DNA of 63,987 nucleotides, counting the filler, from Octopus bimaculoides (lineage: Eukaryota): the NCBI RefSeq assembly GCF_001194135.2. It is 4 parts of 3 records of this genome, joined end to end, with 100 filler letters (N's around TTAATTAATTAA, not from the genome) between each part and the next. Parts side by side here need not be neighbours in the genome. Positions count along the whole stretch, not along the records: positions 21,444 to 46,890 come from NC_068982.1; positions 46,991 to 62,879 come from NC_068984.1; 2 more parts are not named here. One strand, given 5' to 3'. The position numbers and the translations under genes are program-made. Under the pieces are notes generated by a model. It was not told the origin of the DNA. It did not search any database and saw nothing but the letters and a program-made list of their open reading frames with translations. Positions 39,761-52,851 of the stretch are shown piece by piece. Numbering within the stretch: the stretch's first letter is position 1; every line of letters starts with the position of its first letter.

Positions 39761-40230
39761 ATATGTATGTATGTATGTGTGCATCTTTTATGCATGTACC
39801 TATGTACGAGGACATACACAGAGATAAAATCTTAAAAGTTAAATAAGTTGTTCTTGTGGTGGAGGGAGAGAGACAGTTATCAGATTTAAGCTAAGTGTTA
39901 AACGATCGGACCGATTCCCTGAATTTCAGTATAATGGACTAGTCGGGCCTGTAATACTTTCACAAATACTGTAAACACAAGCACCATGCAAATATGTACT
40001 GATAGACTAAATATAAACGCAGTTCATATAAACAAAAACCCAGATATAAACAAGTAGATGATGGCGTACAGAATGACGTATGCAAAAAATGCTCAATATA
40101 TCGAAAATAAACGCACAATTGTAGACCAGCTTATATATATATTTTAGATACACGAAAATACAAGGGAACATATGCACGCAAATACACGTTCACATACATG
40201 CATGCATTCAATACTACCATACATAAACAC

Positions 40231-40473
40231 GGTAATCTTCAAGTTTAGGGGGATAAAAAAAAATTTAAAAATATTCAAGGGAAATAACTGAACGACTTAC
40301 CAGTATTATCCGTTTTCTTCTAGCTGTTTATAAATAAATCACACCCTAACCCTAACCCCAATCAAATCACGTGTGTGATTTATTTATAAACAGAGATGTA
40401 CGGAGAATACTGGTAAGACGTTCAGTTACTTCCCTTGAATATTTTTATTATCCCCCTAAACTTGAAGATTACC
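40231..40473. mobile_element. Foldback MITE with CCCTAA core
   Basis: Outer 26 bp form a perfect inverted repeat (GGTAATCTTCAAGTTTAGGGGGATAA); arms continue for about 100 bp with indels; CCCTAACCCTAACCC lies in the loop. Confidence 0.88.
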
Positions 40474-41459
40474 ATATATATATATATATAATTATTCAAT
40501 ATTAACAGTTTTGTATTAGAAAACCAAGAATTTATACAAGGCTGTAAAGAAGTGCTCAAACTAGTTGAGACATAGGTACAAAGTTGATTGCAGAATAAAA
40601 CCGTTAGGTCATCGACTCAAAAAGCCGTAGTCCACCAATGACCACATACAAGAAGTACAACATAGACCACAAAACCAAATTAGTAAAGGGAAGTCAAAAT
40701 TTTTATACATAAGAATAAAAATCGATTAAAAATACAATAGAATAATATAAATAAATAAATAAACCGATTAAAAAGTTGATAAAAAATATTAGAGACCGGT
40801 ACAAATACAGTAGAATAAAAAAATATATATAGAAACAATATAGAGAAAATAAATAATACATAGGGAAACGTAGCACAACAGTTCATTCGCTTAGGCCAAT
40901 AGCCAATAAAAGAAGTTCAAGATAAATAGTACGAAAGTTCAACTACCTCCCTCATGACAGCAAATTTAGTAGGTAAAATCCAATTTCATAAACAGGAATA
41001 CCGAAGTGCACGGGACAAAACAACAACAGAACATCCAATGTGTGGCAAAGTAAAATCCATATTTCACCATTCCGCAGGTAACATCAGTAAAGTCAAAAAT
41101 TATAATTATGAGAGCAAGCTTAAATAAATAATAATATGAACTCGACCAAAAAANNNNNNNNNNNNNNNNNNNNNNNNNNNNNNNNNNNNNNNNNNNNNNN
41201 NNNNNNNNNNNNNNNNNNNNNNNNNNNNNNNNNNNNNNNNNNNNNNNNNNNNNNNNNNNNNNNNNNNNNNNNNNNNNNNNNNNNNNNNNNNNNNNNNNNN
41301 NNNNNNNNNNNNNNNNNNNNNNNNNNNNNNNNNNNNNNNNNNNNNNNNNNNNNNNNNNNNNNNNNNNNNNNNNNNNNNNNNNNNNNNNNNNNNNNNNNNN
41401 NNNNNNNNNNNNNNNNNNNNNNNNNNNNNNNNNNNNNNNNNNNNNNNNNNNNNNNNNNN

Positions 41460-41504
<45 letters not shown>

Positions 41505-41519
41505 AGTTTAAATGGATAA

Positions 41520-41850
41520 GAAGTAAAGACGACCTCGGCGGAATTTAAATTCAGAACGTAAAGATGGGCGAAATGCCGCTAAGAATTTTGCCCAGCGTGA
41601 TTCTGCCAGCTCGCCGCCTTATCTTTATCTTCTAATATTAAAACAGATTAAGACGGCGAGATGGCAGAATTGTTAGTATTCCGGGCAAAATGTTTAGCGG
41701 CATTTCGTCCGTCTTTACATTCTGTTGAGGTTGTCTTTACTTCTTACCCTTTCAGGGTCGATAAAATAAGTACCAGTTTAGCACTGGACTCGAAGTAATC
41801 AACTCGCTTCTTCCCCTGAAATTATTAACCTTGTGCCAAATTTTGAAACC
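41520..41850. mobile_element. Head-to-head SINE family A pair (41520-41612 minus; 41650-41850 plus)
   Basis: Family A head on both strands about 40 bp apart. Confidence 0.78.
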
Positions 41851-43251
41851 ATTATTAAAATAGATTTACACAGTACGCACAATAATTAACATTTCCTATT
41901 AGATATTCAGGGCCAACTGAATTGCTAATGTGGTGGGCAAAGTCATTTGACTTTGTTGTACGAGTGACATAGTAATTATTCCAAGCAAGTTTCTCGTTAG
42001 TATCCAACAAAAATGTTAATAAATGATTCTCATTTTAAAAAGATCCAGATCACCATTGCGTTTATATCGATTGGACAGGATTTAGATCACCGTTGCGTTT
42101 TTATGAATAGTATATCCAAATCTTCTTCTCTATAGAGTTTGGAACCCACCATAGATCTATTACCTTTACAACTTATCTGTTTTGCCAATCACCAAAGCAA
42201 CATCTTGTTCACTACTAGCGTCACTTGATCCCACTAAACATTTACGTTTTCTACAAGACGAACAAAAGGGATAAACAAATTTATAGACACCTCGTATCCT
42301 TAGTGTTAAGTGGATGGTTTGGTATTTTAACATTACTACAAGAAATACTAAGCATAAATCAATATAGCAGTTGGTTAGAAGTGGAAATAACGAACAAGTG
42401 GGAATGAAAACACTATACATTTTGCAGTAACCAAAAGACTCATGCAGGTATTGAAGAAATATAGTACATTGTTTGCAATAAAACAAACAGCACATTTTAA
42501 GTCTAAATCATTTAAAATTCGTTGTGGCTCTTTTAATAAATGTTTTCTTTGCTTTTATTTTTTTATAAATAATCTATAAGATGTAAGCTCTCTTCGGAGA
42601 GATTTTCCTCAACCCTGGAAGAAAACCGCTCGATAACTATTTAATTGATTTGGCATCTATCCAATGTCAGTATCACAGTTCTGTTTGCACAAGGCTTCTT
42701 CTATTATAATTCCAATCCTATCTAGGATGCTTTATAGGAATATTACGCTTGTAGATTGGTACTTTATTTTAACGACCTCTCGAAAAGTTCAGAGACAAAT
42801 TGATCTCAGCAAGATTTGAATTCAGAGCATAAACTAAATATCGTAGTCACTTTATCTTACGCACTAATTATTCTGCCAATCCAACACAATCATTATTCAG
42901 TTCCAGTAACTCCAAAAACCTGAATTAAAAACTAATGCGGTCACCGGGGCTCTCTTCACGAATTAAACTAAAGACTCATTCATAAAACGTATGTGGCGTA
43001 CAAGTTTTAAAAATTCCATCTTGACCAGCAGGAACATTAGTTTAAAAACCTGTCATACGATCAAATTCAGTGGGGCCCGCTTAAAAAAGTTACATTCACT
43101 TATAATTATTTCTAGAAGTCACTTCAAATGGATCAAGCGCAGTAAGCTACACTAGCACACACACACACATACACACACACACACACACACATGTATGTAT
43201 GTATATGTATATGTATATGCATGTAAATACATATATACATACACACACAGA

Positions 43252-43324
<73 letters not shown>

Positions 43325-44243
43325 GCCCAACGTTCCACATACATGTTAGTACATTACAGTGAGATGTGTGACGTATAAAACACACAAGAATCATGCAATA
43401 AACATTTCGTTAATTCATTTATCATAGATTAGGAAGCCATGTGACTGCATCACCTAAATCATTTTGTACTATTTTAGTATTACAACTAGCAGTTGTTTGG
43501 ACATTTTTATTTAAAAATGACTTCCTTTTTTTTATACCTGCGGAAACATTCTTTAAAACTGCAAAATTTAGTTTCACCTGTTTTGGTTTCGAATTCAAAT
43601 CCCATCGGCATCAACATTGACTTTCAGTACTAGTGGTGATGAAACAATTTTTCATTCTTACTCTTTGTACACACACGCACACGCACGCACACACACACAC
43701 ACACACGCACGCACACACACACACACACGCATACACACACACACGTTAGGATTGCTACATGAAATCTCTTCCGATACGAACCATTTTAAAGCTATGATTA
43801 CACATGTTACAAAGAGTAACTAACGAGTTGATCCATTTTGTAATACTTAGCTAGATTTGTTCGTTTGGTTTCGCTACGTGGTATTTATTTTGTAAGCATT
43901 GGTGTTGTGTTCCTCAATAGTATGGTGACTATCGTACCAGAACGTTCAATTTTTTAAACTAATTCCAAATAAGGACATAAGGCAATTGAAGCTACAAATA
44001 ACATAAATTTGGCATTCGGTTGTGTTAATCAGTGAGCGGTGCAGCAGTAGTTTCGGAAATTGCATTCTGGAGTGAATCATGAGAGGAAATATGGCTGTCA
44101 TAAATGAGGACCAATTACTAGAACTGTTAGTTATTTGTTAAAACATTTTTAAATCACGCCACCAAACAAACGGCCACAAGCCAGCTTGACTAGATCTTGA
44201 TATGGTCGCTATTCAGAAGTAAATGACTGCATATTTTAAGACC

Positions 44244-45262
44244 ATGGAATTCATACCAACAATAGAAGGAGGAAGGAAGCTTTTGCGTAATCGCTACGCC
44301 TACATCGTTGACAAGTGAAGTGACAATGTAACATATTGACGGTGTAAATGCAAAAGAAAGTGTGGGTGATGAACAAAACAAAATATGATGCTGTCCAAGA
44401 AGTAAATAAATTCTTACATCCGCCTCACACTGGACATAGCTTGTCCTTGAAAACAGCACAGAAAATTAAATGTAAAAGTCGCTAGTCAGAGGAAGTGACA
44501 TTATACAAAACTGTACCAGTAAGTATCCACTTGATGTTGCATGTGTTCTTTTTAGAAAATAAACTTTGGCAAGAATGGTGTGCAGACAACACAGGGCACT
44601 AAATAGTATTGTTTTAACTGAGGACTTACGGTGATCAAGACTTTGTCATCCATGGAAGTGTCAACCTACTAATTCTATCAGCTTACACCTGCTTTCTTTC
44701 AAAGACGACTCATTGAGCGATAGAACCGTTTATTCTGCACCAGTGTACCCTTTCAGTTACATAAAGTGCATGTTAGGCTGGATGAGTACCCTACAATTCT
44801 CTTAAATCATACAACTCATGACTTGATTTTTAGCGCCCATAAGCAAGACCAGGTCTTAGTTCTGTTTCAGTTACCATTGACTATGAAAGAGAAGCACTTA
44901 ATAGCATCGCAGTATGTTTTCCAAACAAACATCTATGGGTGTTTTTCCCATTTCGAGTTGTATTTGTGGGGACAGATACAAAGGTTAGGGTACAGATTTA
45001 GTATAAAGATCAGGAAATACACTCGTTATCAACTTCGCCCAAGCTTAGTATTTTTGCAAAGCTTCAATTAATTTTTCTCATCATTTGATGAGAAAACTGA
45101 TGAACTTATCTCCTAGCTTGTTGTCTACATTAAAGTGACATAGATTAGTGTTGTACAGCGTGGGGGACGGTGAAGACCTGCAATTGAATTCTGTATGTGG
45201 GACACATTTGAGAGAGAGAAATAGATAAGCAGATAAGACCTTCCACGGACAACAAAATTATG
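44244..45262 (+). pseudogene. Degenerate FLYWCH-MULE (Mutator-like) transposase
   Basis: MEFIPTIEGGRKLLRNRYAYIVDK*SDNVTY*RCKC (FLYWCH-like), then DYEREALNSIAVCFPNKHL, GCFSHFELYLWGQIQRLG and MWDTF...LPRT (MULE D.E.A, GC.FH, RTNN motifs). Confidence 0.72.
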
Positions 45263-45311
45263 ACAAAGAGAGTCGGAGCAGAGAATAGCAATCATTCATC
45301 CTACCGTTTAA

Positions 45312-46320
45312 GGCGGCGTGCTGACAGAATCGTTTGCACGCCGGGGAAAATGCTTACCGGCATTTCGTCCGTCTTTACGTTCTGAGTTCAAATTCCGCTG
45401 AGATCGACTTTCCCTTTCATCCTTTCGGGGTCAATAGATTAAGTACCAGTTGTGTATTGGGATCGATGTAATCGACTTAACCCCTCCCCCAAGATGTCAG
45501 GCCTTGTACCTATAATAGAAAGGATTCATCCTACCGCTCGAGAAAATAGTAATTGAATTGGGAACTGACGATTGAGTTGTCGAGAATGGAATCTAAGAAA
45601 ACGAAGAAGTACTACAAGAGCGAAATGGATAATTGAAAAATACGAGGAGTGTCCCAAAATCAATTTCTTCTGATCACTTGCTCATAGTCTTTAAATATTG
45701 AAGAATGTCTCATTATATAAGATAAGGCAGCGGTTTGCAGAATAGTTAGCGCGTCGCACAATAATGCTTCGCGGGATTTCTTCCAGCTCTTTACATTCTG
45801 AGTTCAAATTTCAGCGAGATCGACTTTGCTTTCAACTTTTCAGGGTCGATAAAATAAAGTACTCGTTCAGTACTGGGTTCGACGTAATCGACTTACCCCT
45901 CCTTTCAAAATTGCTGACTTTGTGCCAGAATTAGAACGAATAATTAACTGTAATGTTTTACTGTTGTTATTGAATACTTTCGCATCTTAATTATTTAATT
46001 TTCAGAGAAAATGCTCGTTCCGGAATAGTTACATTTTCTCAGAAAATACTCGTTCCTTGATTTCCTTTTCTAGAAAAAACTTTTTTTTTATTTCTTGCGA
46101 AGGAATTCACTTTCACATAAATTATTGATAAATAAACAGTTACTTAAAAATGCCACATGATCCTCCTCTCTTCCATCACTTATACTATATATTGGTTTCA
46201 AATTTTGACACATAGCCAACAATTTCGGGGGAGGAGCTTAAGTTGATTACATCGTCCCTAATGTTCAACTGGCACTTATTTGTCGACCCCCGAGAAGATG
46301 AAAGGCAAAGTCGACGTCCA
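45312..46320. mobile_element. SINE family A copies (45312-45530 plus; 45725-45940 plus; 46195-46320 minus partial)
   Basis: Family A head, core and tail motifs. Confidence 0.8.
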
Positions 46321-46990
46321 CGTCATCACATATATTATATATTACATTTTGATTGAAATTTTCTATCTTTTTATTGTTTTACGAAGCTATTACAAAGAAA
46401 CAATGAAAATAAACTAAATTTTGAAGGTCATATGTCCACCCGAGTAAATGTCCTTTCGACTGTAAGTTCTATCGGTCATTTATTCCGCCAATCAAATGTT
46501 CAGCCACGATATTTTGTTATCTGGCGGGCTTCTGCACAGTTTCCAACTACCAAATTCCTCTTTTGATCGACCCGAACCTATCCTAGAATATTTTGTATAA
46601 TTCACCTAAAAAGGTTATTTTAACGTACTGACTACTTAGTAGAATTATTAATTATTAATAAATTAATTAATTGATTAATTAAGTAATCAATTAGGATCTA
46701 TTTTAAAACGGGGGCCACATTTTTCATTTACGTAGTGTTTTTGGTACCGAAAGACTTTCAACTTCGTATACTTATCTATTTTGTGTTATAGAACAGAAAA
46801 ATATTTTTGTATTCGAATTTATTTCATGTAAAAAATTGTCTTATTTCGATAATTTCAACCAATCACTGACAAGTATTCAGTTGTTTATATNNNNNNNNNN
46901 NNNNNNNNNNNNNNNNNNNNNNNNNNNNNNNNNNTTAATTAATTAANNNNNNNNNNNNNNNNNNNNNNNNNNNNNNNNNNNNNNNNNNNN

Positions 46991-47217
46991 CCCTTTTGTG
47001 AGCCATTCAGGCATTGTTTCTGGATCTGCTATTATGTTGTTAAAGTTTTCTGCCAGCTTTTTATGCATTGCTGGCAGGTGTTTTAACCAGAAATTGGGGA
47101 TCTTGTCGTGTCCAGGTGCTTTCCAGTTGCTTAGTCTTTGCAGTGTCTGGGTGACCTCTTCAGTTGTTATAGGGGCCCAGAGTTGCTCAGGTGCTAAGTT
47201 CGTTGTTTTAATGGTCC
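46991..47217 (-). mobile_element. R4/Dong-clade LINE RT N-terminal fragment starting in a (TAA)n tract
   Basis: Minus strand: WAPITTEEVTQTLQRLSNWKAPGHDKIPNFWLKHLPAMHKKLAENFNNIIADPETMPEWLTKG; the rest is lost at the linker gap. Confidence 0.88.
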
Positions 47218-47581
47218 TTTTATTATTATTATTATTATTGTTATCATTATTATTATTATTATCATCATCATCGTCATCATCATCATCGTTGTCACCATCA
47301 TCGTCATTTTACATTTCAATATTCATTTGTAAATTATGAATGAAGTGAAACCCACTTCGAGAATAATTAGCAAATGTAGTAGAACTAAATTAGCTGATGC
47401 TTCGATTTTTGTATTTCCTTCTTAATGCTTTGCTTTCCTACTTTCACACATGCAAATTGGTTAATAGCTAATGTATGGTTTTTTGACTGGTAACAAATGG
47501 AAAAAAAAATTATCAAGAAACTGGATTTCTTTTGCTACAACTTGCTCAGTACTTAGTGTTCTGAGTTTGAAACATAACTCT

Positions 47582-47981
47582 TTCACTCTTTTACTTGTTT
47601 CAGTCATTTGACTGCGGCCATGCTGGAGCACTGCCTTTAGTCAAGAAAATCGACCCCAGGACTTATTCTTTTGTATGCCTAATACTTATTCTATCGGTCT
47701 CTTTTTGCCGAACCACTAAGTTACAGAGACATAAACACACCAGCATCGGTTGTCAAGCGATGGTGGGGGGACAAACACAGACACACAAACATACACACAC
47801 ATATATATACATATATACGACGGGCTTCTTTCAGTTTCCGTCTACCAAATCCACTCACAAGGCTTTGGTTGGCCCAAGGCTGTAGTAGAAGACACTTGCC
47901 CAAGGTGCCACACAGTGGGACTGAACCCGGACCCATGTGGTTGGTAAGCAAGCTACTTACCATGCAGCCACTCCTGCACCT
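47582..47981 (-). mobile_element. Full-length SINE family B
   Basis: Collinear with 17240-17639. Confidence 0.9.
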
Positions 47982-48109
47982 GGTCAAAATAAGAAAATAA
48001 AATCTATGAAAGTAATGATGGTGCATCCATTATAATCATTTTAAAGCTCACTTTGCCATGCTAGCATGGATTGTCGTTTGTTCCTTTCCAAGCCATGCCT
48101 GGCTCATAA

Positions 48110-48569
48110 GGCAGTGAGCTGGTAGAATCGTTAGCACACCGGGCGAAATGTTTAGTGGTATTTGGTCTGCTGCTACATTCTGGGTTCAAATTCCACCGAG
48201 GTCAACTTTGCCTTTCATCCTGGGGTCAATGTAGTCGACTTAATCCCTTTGTCTGTCCCCTCTATGTTTATGTTTGTGGGGAATAAAGAAATAAAAAAAG
48301 GGCCGGTTTCCCAGTTTCATTGGCGTATTGTTTCTCCACCCGGATGGGACGTCAGTCCATCACTGGTGAGCTGCAAGATGCAGGAGGAAAGAGTGAGAGA
48401 AAGTTGTGGCAAAAGAGTCAGCAGAAGTTCACCATTGCCTTCTACCGGAGCTGCATGGACTTAGGTGTTTTCGCTTATAAATACACACATCGCCCAGTCT
48501 GAGATTCGAACCTGTGATCTTTCAACTGTGAGTCCGCTGCTCTAACCATTAGGCCACGTGTCTCCACTA
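48110..48569. mobile_element. SINE family A (48110-48295 plus) abutting SINE family C variant (48300-48569 minus)
   Basis: Family A long tail followed by the reverse complement of the family C head (TAGTGGAGACACGTGGCCTAATGGTTAGAGCAGCGGACTC). Confidence 0.8.
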
Positions 48570-49099
48570 GCATGGATTGGGTGTAGTTTATTGAGGTAAA
48601 TTTTCTGTAGCTGGATGCCCTTTCTGTTACCAACCCTTACCTGTTTGCTAGCAAAGTAATATGTCCCTATGGCTAGACATGATTTTGCAGAGTGTTGGGA
48701 ATGAGTGACATTTGGTTACAACGATCACCTGACAAAGAGACACAAACATACAAACATATTTATGTCAGACTTCTTTTAATTTCTGTCTACCAAATCCACT
48801 TACCATACTTTCATCATCCTGGGGCCTCAGTAGAAACACTTGTCCAAGGGGCTAACAGTGGGAGTGAACTTGAAACCATAAAGGTGAAAAGTAAATATGT
48901 TAATCACAGCCAGCCCTGTACTCATAACATTAGTCAAACTTGGGCTATAGTAGAAATACTTGCCCAAGATGTCATGCAATGGGAATTATTAGACTTCTTT
49001 TCTTACTTATGGCAAAATAATTTATTCCACTTTGAAAATTTTAATTCAAATTGCTTGAGTGTTTGGTTACTAAAGGAAGGACTTGCAATATATTCTTTA

Positions 49100-49300
49100 C
49101 TATTCTGAGCACAAGGCCCGAAATTTTTGGAGGGAGGGGGGGGCCAGTCGATTAGATCGAAACCAGTATGCAACTGGTACTTAATTTATCGATACTGAAA
49201 GGATAAAAGGCAAAGTCGACCTTGGGGGAATTTGAACTCAGAACATAAAGACAGAAGAAATGCCGCTAAGCATTTCACCCAGCGTGCTAACGTTTCTGCC
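49100..49300 (-). mobile_element. SINE family A copy
   Basis: Reverse complement of head, core and tail, similar to 29850-30030. Confidence 0.82.
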
Positions 49301-49737
49301 TGGGCAAGCAATATGAAGGGGATACATGGTAAAAGGAACCTAAAATATCAAGAATTAAAAAAGTCACATGAGATACAAGAATGGCAGTGGACACAGGATG
49401 GTCTTTTAACGTCCACTCTTTCATGCTTGCGTGGGTCAAACAGAATCTATTTAGGTGGATTGTCAAAGGTCAGGCATCCTTTCCGTTACCAATCCATGCC
49501 CGTTTCCAAGCAAAATAATATTTCTCTCAATGACCAAACTTGGACGGGTATACCATAGCCCTGAGCCAACCAATACAATGGGAGCAAGCATGGCTGTGTG
49601 GTTAAGAAGTTTGCTTCCCAAATTCATGGTTTCAGGTTCTGTTGTAACACATGGCACCTTGGGCAAGTATCTTCCATTACAGCTTCTGCTGACCTAAGAC
49701 TTGTGAGTGGATTTGGTTGGCAGAAATTAAATATAGA

Positions 49738-49969
49738 GGGCGGAGAGCTAGCAGAAATGTTAGCATGCCAGGCGAAATGCTTAGCGGTATTTCATCTGCC
49801 GTTACGTTCTGAGTTCAAATTCTGCCAAGGTCGATTTTGCCTTTCATCCTTTCGGGGTCAATAAATTAAGTACCAGTTACACACTGGGGTCGATGTAATT
49901 GACTTAATCCCTTTGTCTGTCCTTGTTTGTCCCCTCTATGTTTAGCCCTTTGTGGGCAATAAAGAAATA
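49738..49969 (+). mobile_element. Young SINE family A (long tail) with 16-bp TSD
   Basis: AGAAATTAAATATAGA (49722-49737) and AGAAATTGAATATAGA (49970-49985). Confidence 0.9.
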
Positions 49970-49977
49970 AGAAATTG

Positions 49978-50105
49978 AATATAGATGTTTCCGATCTAGT
50001 TTGGATTCTTTGCCATCAAATATGATGGCAAAGAATTCAAATTTGATTGCAAAGAATTCAAATTTGATGACAAAGAATCTAAACTAGATCGGAAACATCT
50101 ATATT
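49978..50105. mobile_element. Small foldback element with internal 21-bp tandem repeat
   Basis: 44-bp arms (49978-50021 and 50062-50105) match 42/44; TGATGGCAAAGAATTCAAATT-like unit at 50023, 50044 and 50065. Confidence 0.85.
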
Positions 50106-50924
50106 TTGTTGGATATTAGAAATGAATGACACTGCTTATATGACAGTGACACTCTTTTATAATTATTATGTGAGTATTGTTTTATTTGAATCCTCTTTGC
50201 CCTACCCTGGCTGGGACTTAGGAAGGACAGCAAAACGGAGAAGGAATTAGAAACTATTTCACCATTGTCATGGCTGAGGCATGTAAGAGAACGACCAAAG
50301 CTGGGATCAAAGAGCTAATCCTTAGCAAATCCTAAAACAATATAGTTCCTGGATGATTGGAGTGTTATGTGGTGGATGGATAACAGAAGGGGTAAAATAA
50401 CCCAGCTAATCCCTTGACAGTATCAATACGCTGTGCTGCATCACTGAAGGAAATGATACAATCAGAACAAGCCAAATTCATTTTGACCTGTGACCAACAG
50501 CTGATGAAGGGCGTGTCCCACAGTTCATGATAGATATAAAATATTGAACCTCTTTCCAATAAAAATTATGTTTCCAGCTATTGAGAAGAGATCAATATCA
50601 GATAGAAGGTCAGCTGACACCATGTGCATTATTTTATTGGTTTTCAGTTTTCGTAGTAATAACAGCTCAGCTGAAATTGGAGACAATGCCATCTGCAAAT
50701 ATGTGTTTGATGTAGAGATAGTTAGAAAGACATACCTTATTAAATTCATTTCAAAAAGCTTGCTTCCATCTGAAGTTCTGCTTGAATAATAACATAACAT
50801 AAAAATAATTGTATTATTCATACTTTTGTGGTGTTTACATAAACAAATTTCAGTTTTGCATTCGTCTCTCTCTAATTGCACAAGAGAGCCAAAGGCACTG
50901 ACTCAAAGTAATGTTCTCTCACTT

Positions 50925-52065
50925 AATTTTTATCTTCGTCAATAAAACTGGAAGCCACATCGTCGTAACAATCATCATTGTCATCATCGTCTTTAAAACT
51001 GCCGCCACCACTGTCTTCGTCTTCGTCATCGTTGTTGTCATCATCATCGTCATCATCATCACAATCAACGCCAAGGTCCAGCCCCACTAACACTACCACA
51101 ACGGCCACCGCCACTACAATTGCCACTGCCACTACCATCCTCCTCCTCCTCCTCCTCCTCCTCCTCCTCATCATCATCATCATCATCATCATCGCTATCA
51201 TCATCATCATTTTATCCATCACCATTGCCATCTCCACTACCACAACTTCTACTACTACCGCCACCACCACTACCGCCACCACCACAACCACAACCACCAC
51301 CACCACCACTACAACAACAACCACCATCACCATCATCATCATCATCCTTATCAGCTACAACAGCAGCAAGAACACCAATACCAGCAGCTATTTTTATTCC
51401 ATATCACTTCTTACACAGAACAGATGGGACCCTAACTTCAGATGTGACCACATCAAGCATTACACAGAAATATATGTAATTGAAATAATGGTTTTGCAGT
51501 TCTTAAGGGAGCCACCGATGCCTTGTACTGAATGGAGGTGGAGGGGGTGGGGGGAAAGAGGGGAACCATCAGTCAAAAGATTGAAAATTTATATTATGTC
51601 ATTGACATTATGCAGTGATCCATGACCGACTCACTGGATTCTCACTGGCCGTGTCCACTTAGCCAAGGCTTAATAAGGCAAAACCATTAAGAAATATGGG
51701 CAGACCACCACTGACACCACCGACACCGCTACCACCACCACCAACACCACCGCCAGTACCACCGCCACCAACAACACCACCGCCACCACAAACACCACCA
51801 CCGCCACCANNNNNNNNNNNNNNNNNNNNNNNNNNNNNNNNNNNNNNNNNNNNNNNNNNNNNNNNNNNNNNNNNNNNNNNNNNNNNNNNNNNNNNNNNNN
51901 NNNNNNNNNNNNNNNNNNNNNNNNNNNNNNNNNNNNNNNNNNNNNNNNNNNNNNNNNNNNNNNNNNNNNNNNNNNNNCAACAACACCACCAACACCACTG
52001 CCACCAACACCAACACCACCACCAACACCACCACAACCACCACCACCACCACCACCACCACCTCG
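50925..52065. repeat. Compound (CAT)n/(CCT)n/(ACC)n low-complexity region with gap
   Basis: Direct reading; a similar tract lies at 53250-53550. Confidence 0.85.
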
Positions 52066-52691
52066 CTTTTATAACTGAATTATTAATTTTATTTTCTGGC
52101 ATCACTTGACATTTTCTGTGAATATTCTATTAAATAAGTTAGTTTACTCCAGTGCCAATAAGCATTGGCAAACGGTAAAGTGGCAATGATGAAGGTTAAT
52201 AAGGTAGAAACACTTGACAAGAATATATCAGATAATGTATGTAGTTTTAGTTACCCCCTAAAAACATGAGATGGTCATGGTTGGAATGCCTTTGATCGTA
52301 GATCTGTTCAGTCTGGGCTGACCAGTGGCTGAAAAGCAGTAACATCGGAAACTTTATCAGATGTTGATAATATAGGCACCAAGCATGACTGTGTGGTTAT
52401 GAAACTTACTTTGCAACCGCATAGTTTCAAGTTCAGTCCCACTACACAGCACTATGGGCAAGTGTCTTTTATTATAGCCTCAGGCCAACCAATGCTTTTT
52501 GAGAGACTTTAGTGAACATCCATTCATGAATTTCATTTATTTATTAATTTTTTTTTTATACATGTTTTACCTGTGAATTTGCGAGTGTAAACTGGGAATG
52601 CATACAATAAGCTTCTCTGCCCTAGGTGTACGGAAAACACTCGGCGAGAAATGGAAGAAAATTTGAAGGAAGAAGAAAAGGAAAAAACAGC

Positions 52692-52851
52692 ATAATAATA
52701 ATAACATCAAAAATATACATTAGGAATGAGAACCCAGGTTCGAAATTTCCCCAAGACACCTGATGAAGGCTGGAGGGTATATCAGCTGAAACGTTGTGTT
52801 AACAACAAACAAGATGAGGACAAATATCCGTCGAATGTAAATAATGTAAAT
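52692..52851 (+). mobile_element. Short (AAT)n-linked repeat carrying a hammerhead ribozyme (Penelope pLTR-like module)
   Basis: Second copy in reverse at 58805-58897 shares GAATGAGAACCCAGGTTCGAAATTTCCCCAA.ACACCTGATGAA.GCTGGAGGGTATAT. Confidence 0.8.
52755..52800 (+). ncRNA. Minimal type-I hammerhead ribozyme
   Basis: GACAC-CTGATGA-a-GGCTG...CAGCT-GAAA-CG-T-T-GTGTT: stem I GACAC/GTGTT, stem II GGCTG/CAGCT, palindromic ACGT stem III, predicted cleavage after 52795. Confidence 0.75.

Noticed and set aside
50501-50525. CTGATGAAGGG...CCC resembling a hammerhead core
   Set aside because: There is no GAAA after stem II and no stem I partner.
51419-52174. Plus-strand micro-exon candidates 51419-51475 and 52153-52174
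   Set aside because: The peptides are not recognisable, they are on the strand opposite to the other candidates, and short AG/GT segments are expected by chance.
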